Virus record (IMG/VR): IMGVR_UViG_3300036719_001675
Span: 1 to 53,703 of that record
Source: a virus
Taxonomy: Duplodnaviria > Caudoviricetes
Length of the DNA: 53,703 nt
Reading direction: 5' to 3' (one strand)
Below the pieces are notes generated by a model, which did no database searches, was not told the origin of the DNA, and was given only the letters and a program-made list of their open reading frames with translations. Made by a program: the position numbers and the translations under genes. Shown here piece after piece: positions 18,081-27,538 of this stretch. The first letter of the stretch is position 1; each line of letters begins with the position of its first letter.

Positions 18081-19125
18081 AGCAGAACAACTAGCATTAG
18101 AGATTAACAAAATGCTTGGTTCTAACACCGTAAAAATGGCTAATGACGCATCACTCATTGTTAGACATTTACCTACGGGCGTTCTACCTATTGACATTCT
18201 TCTAGATGGTGGAATACCTACGGGAAGGTTTACAGAGTTGTTTGGTGCATACAGCACACTTAAGTCATACATTGCACTTTCGTGTATTGCACAGACACAG
18301 AAGGCAGGAGGTGTGTGCGCCATTATTGACACAGAACATTCATATGACCCTGAATGGGCTAGGTCTCTTGGTGTAGACACTGACAATCTGATCTACCATT
18401 CACCTGAAACTGGCGAAGAAGCAGTAGATGTGTCAGAGGTTCTTATACGAAACGACATTGACTTAATCGTTTGGGATTCTGTAGCGGCAACATTGCCACA
18501 AGCAGAAAGTATTAAGAGAATGTCAAAAGAATCTGTACAACCTGCACGATTAGCGGCACTTATGTCGTTAGGTATGAGGAAGTTAACAGCGGCGAACAAA
18601 AAGACCGCCATTTTATTTATCAATCAGACACGGCTAAGTGTTGGAGTTGTTTTTGGTGATCCTGAAACTGTGCCTGGTGGTAAGGCGCTTCCATTTTATG
18701 CCTCATACCGTGTAGCACTTCGTAAAGCAGGGAAGATTAAAGAATCTGCCGACACATATGACAGTGAGGGCAAGAAGGTGTCAGTGAATAACATCACTGG
18801 TCACAAAATTCGTGCTACGCTTGAAAAGTCTAAGTTATCTGCACCTAACAAAGATGTGCTCTTCACTTTTGACTTGAATAGCGGTGGCATTGATGAACTA
18901 GGTTACCTAATCAGCATAGGTCTAGAAAAAGACCTCATTAAACATGAAGGTAGGTCATGGTGGATAACGGGACAGGAAGAAATGAAGACGGTAGGCGTAG
19001 AGAAGTTTCGTGGGTGGTTAGAACAGAACCCGACGATAGTAGCGAACATAAAGACAAGCCTCGTAAAGCAAGATGGAAACCCCGAAGTCGCCAAGAAGAA
19101 GGTCGTAAAACTGAAAAAGCAATAG
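18070..19125 (+). CDS. recA: RecA recombinase
   Basis: TGVLPIDILLDGGIPTGR, IDTEH, WDSVAA, FINQTR, PGGKALPFYAS. Confidence 0.95.
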   Translation: MTSKAEQLALEINKMLGSNTVKMANDASLIVRHLPTGVLPIDILLDGGIPTGRFTELFGAYSTLKSYIALSCIAQTQKAGGVCAIIDTEHSYDPEWARSLGVDTDNLIYHSPETGEEAVDVSEVLIRNDIDLIVWDSVAATLPQAESIKRMSKESVQPARLAALMSLGMRKLTAANKKTAILFINQTRLSVGVVFGDPETVPGGKALPFYASYRVALRKAGKIKESADTYDSEGKKVSVNNITGHKIRATLEKSKLSAPNKDVLFTFDLNSGGIDELGYLISIGLEKDLIKHEGRSWWITGQEEMKTVGVEKFRGWLEQNPTIVANIKTSLVKQDGNPEVAKKKVVKLKKQ

Positions 19126-19373
19126 CGAAGAATCTGGGCGCACGACTCCACCCAAATTCAGGTGCTTTACGCATTAAACATGACGCTTCAGACGAAGAGA
19201 CATTGTATGAAATTAAAGACGCTAATAAAACTTACACGCTAAGTGCAGATGAACTGTTCACTCTTTGGACTAGGGCAGTTCGTGAAAGCAAAGAACCCGT
19301 TTTCATTGTTCATTACATTCACCACAATATAACCGCCACAATTACTCTTAGTAAAGGAACTAGCAATGCCTGA
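18957..19373 (+). CDS. Hjc-like PD-(D/E)xK endonuclease (start uncertain; overlaps recA)
   Basis: GRKTEKAIAK..G....NSGA....D......YEIK pattern. Confidence 0.65.
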   Translation: MVDNGTGRNEDGRRREVSWVVRTEPDDSSEHKDKPRKARWKPRSRQEEGRKTEKAIAKNLGARLHPNSGALRIKHDASDEETLYEIKDANKTYTLSADELFTLWTRAVRESKEPVFIVHYIHHNITATITLSKGTSNA

Positions 19374-20007
19374 ATTAAATGCAAACATTCCCGTTATTGA
19401 GTGTTATGTTCGGGGTAACTATTTGCGTGACCAGCGTGATAGTCACGACCTTAAATTTCCGTGCATGATCTTTGGAGTGTCTTCAATACAGGGAAGAAGC
19501 CCACTGTTTCATTTTCTTATGGAAGATGGTGGAGTTTGGTGGCGTATGCCGATATCTGCATTTTGTTCTAAAGAAGAATCACCAGAAGTTGACATTCACG
19601 AACTTGTTCTTTGGAACTCTTTTTCGCAACACATTTCGGTAACTGAATTTCAGGCTATGCGGAATATGCGTATGACTTATGTTGCTCGTTCAGGAGAGTT
19701 TGTGAATGGTAAGTATTTATTCACGCTTGATTGGCACTCTCCAGATGACAATGTGCTTAACGGTGGTTTTTCTTTGAACCCTGGTCAGCATAAGTGTGGT
19801 CATGTCATTGAGAGAGATGACGGAAACTTCGCAATACAACCAAACAACAGAGTTCGTTTATTTGACCCATCATTTACTACTAAAACGGGTACACTTATTG
19901 AACGCCTAGTGAATACAAGAAAATGGGATACGGAAGATGCTCACAAATGGGTAACTTCAGATGATGACCGATACGAATACGGAATTAACCAAAGGGAGAC
20001 ACAATAA
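19366..20007 (+). CDS. Conserved phage hypothetical protein
   Basis: Long coupled ORF (LNANIP..CYVR..YL, HKCGH, QPNNRV); no function recognised. Confidence 0.75.
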   Translation: MPELNANIPVIECYVRGNYLRDQRDSHDLKFPCMIFGVSSIQGRSPLFHFLMEDGGVWWRMPISAFCSKEESPEVDIHELVLWNSFSQHISVTEFQAMRNMRMTYVARSGEFVNGKYLFTLDWHSPDDNVLNGGFSLNPGQHKCGHVIERDDGNFAIQPNNRVRLFDPSFTTKTGTLIERLVNTRKWDTEDAHKWVTSDDDRYEYGINQRETQ

Positions 20008-20822
20008 TGTCATTAGCAAGCCACATCAAAATAGCAAAACGAAACACAAAAATTACACCCCGTGTTCACTCGTTCCTAAACCATACAGACGGAATCAAAG
20101 TAACGAACGATGAACTAGCGAAGCGTGTGCTTGAAATTCTTTCACCTGCCGAACATGATAGGTCAGGTCACTTTCACCCGTCACAATTATACCAATGCAA
20201 GAAGAGTCAAGTCTTTGACTTCTACGGTTCAAATACTGGGCAGAAACAATATAACCCTACTCTTCAAAACCTTTTCAACGATGGGCATTTCCGTCACTTA
20301 CGCTGGCAAATAATGCTAATGAACGCAGGCGTATTAACAGACATTGAAGTAGCAGTGTCTCTTCCTGAAAAACGACTTGGCGGTTCAATTGACGGAATCA
20401 ATTCAAAAGAAGGCTGGATATTTGAGTTAAAAGGTACTAGCCAGTATGCACAAGTCGTAAAGCGTGGCGCAATGCCTGCTCACATCAAGCAAGTCCATGC
20501 CTATATGCTGGCTAGTGGTTACAAATCAGCACTAATTGTCTATGAGTGCAAATCATCGCAACAATGGGTTGAAATTGAAGTAAGTCGTGATGAAACCATC
20601 ATTGAAGAACTAGAGTCAATCCTTACAGACCTGAACAAAGCCATTGATACAGGAGAAATGCCAGAGGTATTAGATGAATGTCAGAATAAAGAAGGTCAAT
20701 ACAAGTATTGCCCACACGCTTCAATCTGTCTCGGGGTCAAGCGTGTCGCAGACTTCCATCAGGTCGTTCCGCCTGAACGACGGGTTGCCAACCTTAAGAG
20801 AACTACAACAAGAACTAGATGA
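20007..20822 (+). CDS. Cas4/RecB-like PD-(D/E)xK exonuclease
   Basis: HPSQLYQC, GSIDG, FELK, QVHAY, C-terminal Cys cluster. Confidence 0.85.
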   Translation: MSLASHIKIAKRNTKITPRVHSFLNHTDGIKVTNDELAKRVLEILSPAEHDRSGHFHPSQLYQCKKSQVFDFYGSNTGQKQYNPTLQNLFNDGHFRHLRWQIMLMNAGVLTDIEVAVSLPEKRLGGSIDGINSKEGWIFELKGTSQYAQVVKRGAMPAHIKQVHAYMLASGYKSALIVYECKSSQQWVEIEVSRDETIIEELESILTDLNKAIDTGEMPEVLDECQNKEGQYKYCPHASICLGVKRVADFHQVVPPERRVANLKRTTTRTR

Positions 20823-21099
20823 ATATGTGGCAGTGATAATGGGGCGTGAAGCGCCACCTATCAACAACGGGGAAATGACACTCCTTGAATACGCCAATGC
20901 TGTCTATAGTCGTGGCATGGAATTGACCATGCTGATTCAGCGTTCAGAAGCCTCTGGCACTGTTCTGAAGGGTTCTAAGTATTACAAGTTCCGTACTGGC
21001 GAACTACGCTCTTTCGTAGAACTAGCATTGAAGGCTATTGAATTGGGTAGTAGGCGTATCACGGTGGCTAAAATGGAGTATGATATGACGCGTGGATAG
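20674..21099 (+). CDS. Hypothetical helical protein (start uncertain)
   Basis: Bridges the exonuclease and RuvC genes. Confidence 0.65.
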   Translation: MNVRIKKVNTSIAHTLQSVSGSSVSQTSIRSFRLNDGLPTLRELQQELDEYVAVIMGREAPPINNGEMTLLEYANAVYSRGMELTMLIQRSEASGTVLKGSKYYKFRTGELRSFVELALKAIELGSRRITVAKMEYDMTRG

Positions 21100-21592
21100 A
21101 TTCGTAGTCATTGGCATAGACCCAGCCTCTACCAAGTTGGCAATGGTTGCGTTATCTTCCGATGGAAGATATATGACCTATTACAACGGCAAATTAGGAA
21201 AGAGTGGTGGGCAATCGTGCGCCAACGCTATACGAAGTGTCAACTCGTTTGTTTCAAGCGTTCAAAAGAAACTGGGCAAAGTTCAGTATGCTTTCATAGA
21301 ATCGCCAGTAGTCGGAAGAGGCGGTGTACGGTCAACGATGGTTCAGTGTTTCACATCGGGCGCTATTCAAGGTGCGCTTTATGAATCAGGGATCACCACA
21401 CAAGTCGCCAATGTCTCGTCGTGGAAAAAAACAGTCGTCGGAAAAGGAAACGCAACCAAAGAAGAGGTCGCAGAATTTATACGATTACGATGGCATGATA
21501 TCTTCGCCACAGCAAGTGGAAATCAAGACCTCATTGACGCTTCCTGCATTGCCCTCTATGGACAACTCTCTGTCGGTAGGGGAATGGTTTAA
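21092..21592 (+). CDS. ruvC: RuvC-like Holliday junction resolvase
   Basis: IGIDPAS, FIESP, WKKTVVGKGNATKEEV, DLIDA. Confidence 0.88.
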   Translation: MDRFVVIGIDPASTKLAMVALSSDGRYMTYYNGKLGKSGGQSCANAIRSVNSFVSSVQKKLGKVQYAFIESPVVGRGGVRSTMVQCFTSGAIQGALYESGITTQVANVSSWKKTVVGKGNATKEEVAEFIRLRWHDIFATASGNQDLIDASCIALYGQLSVGRGMV

Positions 21593-21866
21593 CTTAGCGT
21601 CATGCAAAGGTCAGACAGTTAAGTTTTTTAGGCATACTTGTTCACTCAGATGCAACACACACCCACAAGGTTGTGATAGAGTCGCTACAGTTAGACACTG
21701 TAGAAATACCTGTCTGACTTGCCCCGTTCTAGAACATTGCAGAATATGGGCGATCAGCACAAATTTAATTTATGGGTTCGCAGGCGGTATGTCTGAGAGC
21801 GAAAGAGAAACATTCAAGACTATGTTGGAGGAAGAAAATGGAAGAATTCCTGTTCAGTCAGACTGA
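21558..21866 (+). CDS. whiB: Second, atypical WhiB-family protein
   Basis: WFNLASCKG...CLTCPVLEHC...YGFAGGMSESER; extra Cys/His insert. Confidence 0.8.
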   Translation: MDNSLSVGEWFNLASCKGQTVKFFRHTCSLRCNTHPQGCDRVATVRHCRNTCLTCPVLEHCRIWAISTNLIYGFAGGMSESERETFKTMLEEENGRIPVQSD

Positions 21867-23187
21867 GTTTGTGCCAGTTAAGAAATTGAAGGCATACGGT
21901 AAGAACCCACGAAAGGGTAATGTTCGTGCTATTGCAGAGTCACTTGCTACGAACAAGCAATACCGACCTATTGTCGTTCAAAAAAGCACTAATCAAATTC
22001 TTGCTGGAAACCATACATGGCAAGCGGCTAAGTCTCTTGGTTGGGATAAGATCGCTGTCGTTTATGTTGATGTAGATGATGAACACGCAAAGAAAATCGT
22101 TCTCGCAGACAACCGAACCAACGACTTAGCAGAATATGATGATCGTATTCTTTCAGAATTGCTAACAAGCCTTGAGACAATCAGTGGCACTGGCTATACC
22201 GAATCTGACATGGATTCAATCATGCAATCAATCAGCACAAGCATGATGGACATTGAAGACGCTGGAGCACAACTAGACGAACGGGCAAGATTAGCGGCAG
22301 ACCCATTTGCTGGCGGTATTCCTCTTGACGATGATGATGAAGATGATGACTTAGAAGCAGTATCTACTGAAGAAGTAGAAGACACGCTTGAAAACAAAAC
22401 CAGCGAACTTGCTGGAGTTGTTGAACTGGCAGAAGCAAAAACTTTTCCAGGTTGTGGCGCATGGGATTTTCCTCCAATGATTCCTGAAATGATGATTGAT
22501 GAATTGCCGTATAATCTGCGTACATGGGCAGGAAGCGCCACTAGAGATATTGACCATGATGGGCATTGGCTGTACAACTGGGGAGTAGATAGCACTTCAG
22601 GTATGCAAGACCTAAGTAAAGTAATGCTTTCGTTTTACACTCACGATGAATACTTTGACCGATGGTGGGAAAACACTTCTACTTATACTGCAAAACTTTT
22701 GAACTCTAGGGTCAAGTACGCAATCATGCCTAACTACACTTCTGGCGGTATGCCCAAAGCAATCTCTATTCTTCAAAACTACAAATCATGGTATGTTGCT
22801 AGGTATTTGCAAGAGGCTGGTATCAAAGTAATGCCAGATATGGAATGTCGCCCTGAACCAGAGTTTGTTCAAGCGTGGAAGAAATGTATGCCTAAGTCAA
22901 TCCCGTTTATGGCAGTTCAATTACAAAACCTTTTCACAAGTTCACGAACTGGCACTAGAGCAACAGAAGAAGATTGGCGAAATGCAGTTACTGAGACTTG
23001 TGATGGGCAAATTAAAGGAATGGATATTGGCAATATCCTTGTTTATGCACCAACCACTAAGTGGGATATGATTCAAGACTCATGGTCTAGAAAAGACATT
23101 AAATTGCACTTCTTCCCAACACGAATTGAACTCTTAGCAGCACGATCAAAAGTTCGGGGTGCAGAAAAAGAAGCGAGAGGCTTTTGA
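21838..23187 (+). CDS. ParB/Srx N-terminal domain + acidic linker + DUF4417-like domain
   Basis: NPRKGNV..IAESL...PIVV..ILAGNHTWQAA..LADNR; C-terminal FYTHDEYFDRWW...PNY...YLQEAGIKVMP. Confidence 0.75.
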   Translation: MEEFLFSQTEFVPVKKLKAYGKNPRKGNVRAIAESLATNKQYRPIVVQKSTNQILAGNHTWQAAKSLGWDKIAVVYVDVDDEHAKKIVLADNRTNDLAEYDDRILSELLTSLETISGTGYTESDMDSIMQSISTSMMDIEDAGAQLDERARLAADPFAGGIPLDDDDEDDDLEAVSTEEVEDTLENKTSELAGVVELAEAKTFPGCGAWDFPPMIPEMMIDELPYNLRTWAGSATRDIDHDGHWLYNWGVDSTSGMQDLSKVMLSFYTHDEYFDRWWENTSTYTAKLLNSRVKYAIMPNYTSGGMPKAISILQNYKSWYVARYLQEAGIKVMPDMECRPEPEFVQAWKKCMPKSIPFMAVQLQNLFTSSRTGTRATEEDWRNAVTETCDGQIKGMDIGNILVYAPTTKWDMIQDSWSRKDIKLHFFPTRIELLAARSKVRGAEKEARGF

Positions 23188-23882
23188 GTACAATATTTCT
23201 AGCACCTTATGGCGATCATGGGTCAGGCGTAAAATCAGCACCACATTCACTTTTGGGGTATCGCAATTCAATCGGCAAGACTCACTTACAATCGGCAGAA
23301 ATACCGTGCGCTACTACTGAAGAAATGTTAAACAACATTCCTCTTATTCTTTCTAACTATAAAGAATATGTAGTTATTGGTGGAAATCATGCGATTACTC
23401 TTGCAATTCTTCAATCACTTCAGGGTAAAAAAAATAGACCTTTTTTAGTGATGTATGACGCACACACTGACACTTATCAGCACAAGAGTGAACTTGATTG
23501 TGGCAACTGGTTACGGTTTGCAGAAGATGAAACTCTTATTTCAGGTGTTCACTGGAAGGGTATTCGTGATAAGTCTGCATACAACCTAAGTAATACTATG
23601 GACATTCCAAAGAGTGGTCATGTTCATGTAACTGTTGATCTAGATGTGCTTGAACCAAAAGAATACGGTTGGGCTTCAAATTTTAATGAGCCAGATGGAA
23701 TGTCATTAGACAAACTAATAAGCAGTATCTATTCAATACGAAAAAAAACCAAAGCAACTATCACAGCAGATATTGTTGAGTATGACGCTTTCAAAGATTC
23801 ATCAGGTGCAGGTCGCTATGCCTGTTCGCAAATTCTTGATGCTCTATTAGATATCATTAATCCATTAAAGAGTATTGAATAA
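23184..23882 (+). CDS. Arginase/agmatinase-family ureohydrolase
   Basis: GGNH, YDAHTD and VDLDV Mn-ligand motifs; DIVEY. Confidence 0.85.
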   Translation: MSTIFLAPYGDHGSGVKSAPHSLLGYRNSIGKTHLQSAEIPCATTEEMLNNIPLILSNYKEYVVIGGNHAITLAILQSLQGKKNRPFLVMYDAHTDTYQHKSELDCGNWLRFAEDETLISGVHWKGIRDKSAYNLSNTMDIPKSGHVHVTVDLDVLEPKEYGWASNFNEPDGMSLDKLISSIYSIRKKTKATITADIVEYDAFKDSSGAGRYACSQILDALLDIINPLKSIE

Positions 23883-23936
23883 ACAATAGCCCACTAGACA
23901 TAATGTATCTGTAACTACAACAGTTTGGAGAACATT

Positions 23937-24239
23937 ATGTTCGGACTTATTGACATGGAAATTGAAGGAATCATCAGCGGTTCAATGCCGACTCGTACTG
24001 GTCCTATCACTAACGCTAGGGGTAAGCCGTTAAAGCAGGGTTCGCCTGCTTACAACAAGCGCCTTGCCGAGCGTAAGGCAGAGATTCTTTCTGCCAAGAA
24101 GAAGCGAGAACGAGCAGCCGCTAAAAAGCCAGCAACAAAGAAGGCAGCCGCTAAGAAGCAGGCTCCTGCTAAGAAGACTGCCGCTAAGAAGGTTGCCGCT
24201 AAGAAGAAAGCACCAACCACACGACCTACTCGTCGGTAA
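23937..24239 (+). CDS. Histone H1-like basic protein with acidic N-terminal leader
   Basis: GGAG SD; AAKK/PAKK repeats. Confidence 0.8.
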   Translation: MFGLIDMEIEGIISGSMPTRTGPITNARGKPLKQGSPAYNKRLAERKAEILSAKKKRERAAAKKPATKKAAAKKQAPAKKTAAKKVAAKKKAPTTRPTRR

Positions 24240-24251
24240 TTAAGTTAAATG

Positions 24252-24290
24252 CAGGGGTCAGTGGTTAAGAAATATCACTGACCCCTGTTT
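24252..24290 (+). terminator. Hairpin, likely terminator
   Basis: CAGGGGTCAGTG/CACTGACCCCTG + TTT. Confidence 0.65.
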
Positions 24291-24323
24291 GCTCTAGCAG
24301 TTTCACGCTGGAAGTAGTATGAT
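24289..24323 (+). promoter_or_regulatory. Putative late promoter (portal operon)
   Basis: TTGCTC-TAGCAG-N17-TATGAT; same architecture at 27789. Confidence 0.55.
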
Positions 24324-24359
24324 TTCAGCATCTTCTTATGATGTAACTGGAGTAATACT

Positions 24360-25790
24360 GTGGCAAGCGATGACAAGGGCAAAGCAAAAGGCGTATTCAC
24401 AGAGGCTGGTGTAACTGGTCTTAGGCGTAGTGGTGGATATGTTCACGAAGAATTCTTGCCTCAACTGGCAGGGTATCGTGCAATTCAGGTGTACCGTGAA
24501 ATGCAGGATAATGACCCTGTAATTGGTGCAATTTTATACGCAATTGACAAACTCGTTCGTCAAGTGGCATGGCGTGTTCAGCCAGCCTCAACAAAACTTG
24601 AAGATCAAAAAGACGCTAAGTTTCTTGAATCGTGTCTAGGTGACTTGAATGTTGCTTGGGAAGACACAATCAGTGAGATCATGTCCATGCTTGCCTATGG
24701 TTGGTCGTTTCACGAAATTGTCTATAAGAAGCGCAATGGTTATACGAGTGACACAACGAAGACTTCTAAGTACAACGATGGAATGATCGGTTGGCAGAAG
24801 TTCCCAATTCGCTCACAAGAAACCCGTGACCGCTGGGTGTTCGCAGACAATGGCGACATTCTTGGTATGTGGCAGTCAGCCTCTCCAACATACTTCCCAA
24901 CATATATTCCAATTGAAAAGGCTTTACTGTTCCGAACGACAGTTTCAAAGAATAACCCAGAGGGTCGTTCAGTATTGCGTAACGCCTATCGCCCTTGGTA
25001 TTTCAAGCGCCGAATTGAAGAAATTGAAGCAATCGGTGTAGAGCGTGACCTTGCTGGATTCCCGATTATGTATGTTGACCCAGACATCATGCGTGAAGAT
25101 GCCTCTGGTATGAAAAGCACTGTATTTCAGGACTATAAAGATGTAATCATTAACATTCGTCGGGATCAGCAAGAGGGAATGATTCTTCCTGCTATGTACG
25201 ACGAAAATAACAACCTCATGTACAGACTTGAATTGCTATCTGCTGGCGGTGGTCGTCAATTTGATACAGACCGAATCATTACTCGCTATGACCAACGAAT
25301 TGCTACGACAGTGTTGGCAGACTTCATTCTGTTAGGTCAAGACATTGGCGGTTCATATGCACTGTCATCAGATAAGACGAGCCTGTTCGCTTTGTCTATC
25401 CGAACTTGGCTTGAAACGATTAAGACCGTTATGAATCAGCAGGCTATCCCACGCTTGTTTAGAGTCAATGGTATTGATACAGAAAAGTTGCCTGAACTTG
25501 TATATGGCGACATTGAAACGCCACCTCTTACCGAAATTGGCACATTCATTCAACAATTGGCAGGTGCTGGCGCACCATTGTTCCCTGATGACGCTCTTGA
25601 AAACCACCTTCGCAAAATGGCACACTTGCCCGAACGCCGTGAAGAATCAGCAGGCGTTGTTCAAGACGCTCAAGAAAAACTTTCTGGTCAAGATCAAGTT
25701 GACGCTTCCAAAGAAGCCAAGAATAATAAGAACGCAAAGAAACAAGAGACAGATCAAGAAGTCGCCCAAAGCATGACCACTAAGGAATAG
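24360..25790 (+). CDS. Portal protein (DUF935/Mu gp29-like)
   Basis: YREMQDNDPVIGA, NPEGRSVLR..YRPWYFK, IGVERDLAGFP, GSYALS; first gene of the head module. Confidence 0.9.
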   Translation: MASDDKGKAKGVFTEAGVTGLRRSGGYVHEEFLPQLAGYRAIQVYREMQDNDPVIGAILYAIDKLVRQVAWRVQPASTKLEDQKDAKFLESCLGDLNVAWEDTISEIMSMLAYGWSFHEIVYKKRNGYTSDTTKTSKYNDGMIGWQKFPIRSQETRDRWVFADNGDILGMWQSASPTYFPTYIPIEKALLFRTTVSKNNPEGRSVLRNAYRPWYFKRRIEEIEAIGVERDLAGFPIMYVDPDIMREDASGMKSTVFQDYKDVIINIRRDQQEGMILPAMYDENNNLMYRLELLSAGGGRQFDTDRIITRYDQRIATTVLADFILLGQDIGGSYALSSDKTSLFALSIRTWLETIKTVMNQQAIPRLFRVNGIDTEKLPELVYGDIETPPLTEIGTFIQQLAGAGAPLFPDDALENHLRKMAHLPERREESAGVVQDAQEKLSGQDQVDASKEAKNNKNAKKQETDQEVAQSMTTKE

Positions 25791-25792
25791 TC

Positions 25793-27244
25793 ATGCCTGC
25801 TACCTCAAACTTTCGTGGCAAGAAACTTCTTCAAGCCATTACTAATCTGATGGATAGCCTTGAAAGCAGATACCGTTCTGTTTTCTTGGAGACTATTGAG
25901 AACATTACAAATAGCCCTGATATAGCCGAAATTATTAGGGATATTCGCTTAGGAAATATCACCACAATTGACAACGCTACCCTCGCAAGAATTCAGGGCG
26001 TTCAACTGAACACATATGACCTAACGGTTGCCTCAAGGCAGGCTATGGCTTCAGGTGGCAAGATAACGGCTAAGACGGTAGGGCTTGAAGGTAAGTTCAA
26101 CCTACAGAACCCAAGAGCAATTGCTGCAGCCAGAACTCTTAGTGATGAACTCGTTGCCAATTTAAGTAAAACTGTTACAAAGAATCTGACCGACATTATT
26201 ACTGACGGTGTGTCAGGAACTGATTCTCTTTCGGAAACTATTCGCCGTATTAAAGATGAAATTGGATTAACGACACAACATTCAGCGGCAGTAAAAAATT
26301 ATCGCAAGAACCTCATTCAAACTGGAATGGATAAGGCGAAAGCATTAGCCCAATCAGAAAAATATGCGAAGAGATTGCTTAAATATCGTGCCGAAACAAT
26401 TGCACGAAGTGAAATAGCAATGGCGGTTAATAAAGGTCAGGCAGAGTTCTGGAAACAGATGAAAGATGACGGTTCTATCCCACCTACTGCAATGAGAATT
26501 TGGATTGCAGAAATGGATAGTAAAACTTGCGACATATGTGCGCCTTTGAATGGAGAACTAGCACCAATTGATGGTGCTTGGTCTACTGGTCTAGGGTTCT
26601 TTGACATACCGTATGCTCACCCTCGCTGTCGTTGTACTTCAGGGCTTGTATTCCCCAACAAAATCACCAAAAACGACCCAATTGGTTATGAGCAATGGGT
26701 TATTTCAAAAGGCGATTATGTAGGTCACCCATTCAGAGGTAATCAATGGACTAAAGTTGGTGGTGCAGGTGCTGGCGCTAAGAATGAAGCAAATGCCTCT
26801 CAAATTGATTGGAATGTTCTTTACGACAACGATGTTCCTGGGGAATTAGAGTCATATCTCGGAGATAATGCCGTAAAGTCCCTTGAAAATTGGATATTTA
26901 ACGCTAAATACCCAACTCAATGGCTTAAAGAAGTAGCAGGAAAAGACTATGAATATGAAGAGCATTATCAGACTCTTCAAGGTTGGTTAAAAGAAGCCAA
27001 TTTCCCCGATACGGTAACTGTTATTAGGCAGGGTACGCCAGACCCTAGGGGAGACATACGAAGTGGTTCTGCTATGGAAGGCTGGACAGGTGGCGCTATT
27101 GACGCTCAACATCATTATGGTTCTGACCGAAAAGTTTATGTAAGCAAAGTGCCAAGAAAAAATATCATTGGTATTGGTCAGATAGAAGAAGGAGAACTCT
27201 TCTATAAAACCGAAGGCGTAACAGTGACGGAACTGAAAAGGTAG
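25793..27244 (+). CDS. MuF/SPP1 gp7-like minor head protein with GHPFRGNQW tag and C-terminal ART-like domain
   Basis: RAETIARSE, TCDICAPLNG, HPRCRC; then ISK-GDYVGHPFRGNQW; then VIRQG..SGS..EEGE. Confidence 0.88.
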   Translation: MPATSNFRGKKLLQAITNLMDSLESRYRSVFLETIENITNSPDIAEIIRDIRLGNITTIDNATLARIQGVQLNTYDLTVASRQAMASGGKITAKTVGLEGKFNLQNPRAIAAARTLSDELVANLSKTVTKNLTDIITDGVSGTDSLSETIRRIKDEIGLTTQHSAAVKNYRKNLIQTGMDKAKALAQSEKYAKRLLKYRAETIARSEIAMAVNKGQAEFWKQMKDDGSIPPTAMRIWIAEMDSKTCDICAPLNGELAPIDGAWSTGLGFFDIPYAHPRCRCTSGLVFPNKITKNDPIGYEQWVISKGDYVGHPFRGNQWTKVGGAGAGAKNEANASQIDWNVLYDNDVPGELESYLGDNAVKSLENWIFNAKYPTQWLKEVAGKDYEYEEHYQTLQGWLKEANFPDTVTVIRQGTPDPRGDIRSGSAMEGWTGGAIDAQHHYGSDRKVYVSKVPRKNIIGIGQIEEGELFYKTEGVTVTELKR

Positions 27245-27256
27245 TAGGGTAGGGGT

Positions 27257-27538
27257 ATGAGCAAACCAGACTATTCATTCGTTGATGTGACCGACATTGT
27301 TCCGCCTGCCGCATCGGACTTATGGTCAACAATGGTCCCTCATCATGGGATTGTCATTATTTCAGGCTTACGACCCGAAGGGGGAGAGGCTATCCATGTC
27401 ATTCATAACACTGACGCTCCAGCGTGGACTCTGATAGGAATGTTAGAAGCAGTTAAATCTGACCTTTTATATATGTTTCAGCAGGTTGAATACAGGAGAA
27501 ACGAAGATGGCAACGAAGAAGAATACTACGAAGATTGA
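27257..27538 (+). CDS. Hypothetical protein
   Basis: ORF directly after the MuF extension; candidate immunity gene by position. Confidence 0.65.
   Translation: MSKPDYSFVDVTDIVPPAASDLWSTMVPHHGIVIISGLRPEGGEAIHVIHNTDAPAWTLIGMLEAVKSDLLYMFQQVEYRRNEDGNEEEYYED

Noticed and set aside
20007-20822. Cas4 as part of a CRISPR system
   Set aside because: Stand-alone Cas4-like exonucleases are routine in phage recombination modules; no cas1/cas2 or array
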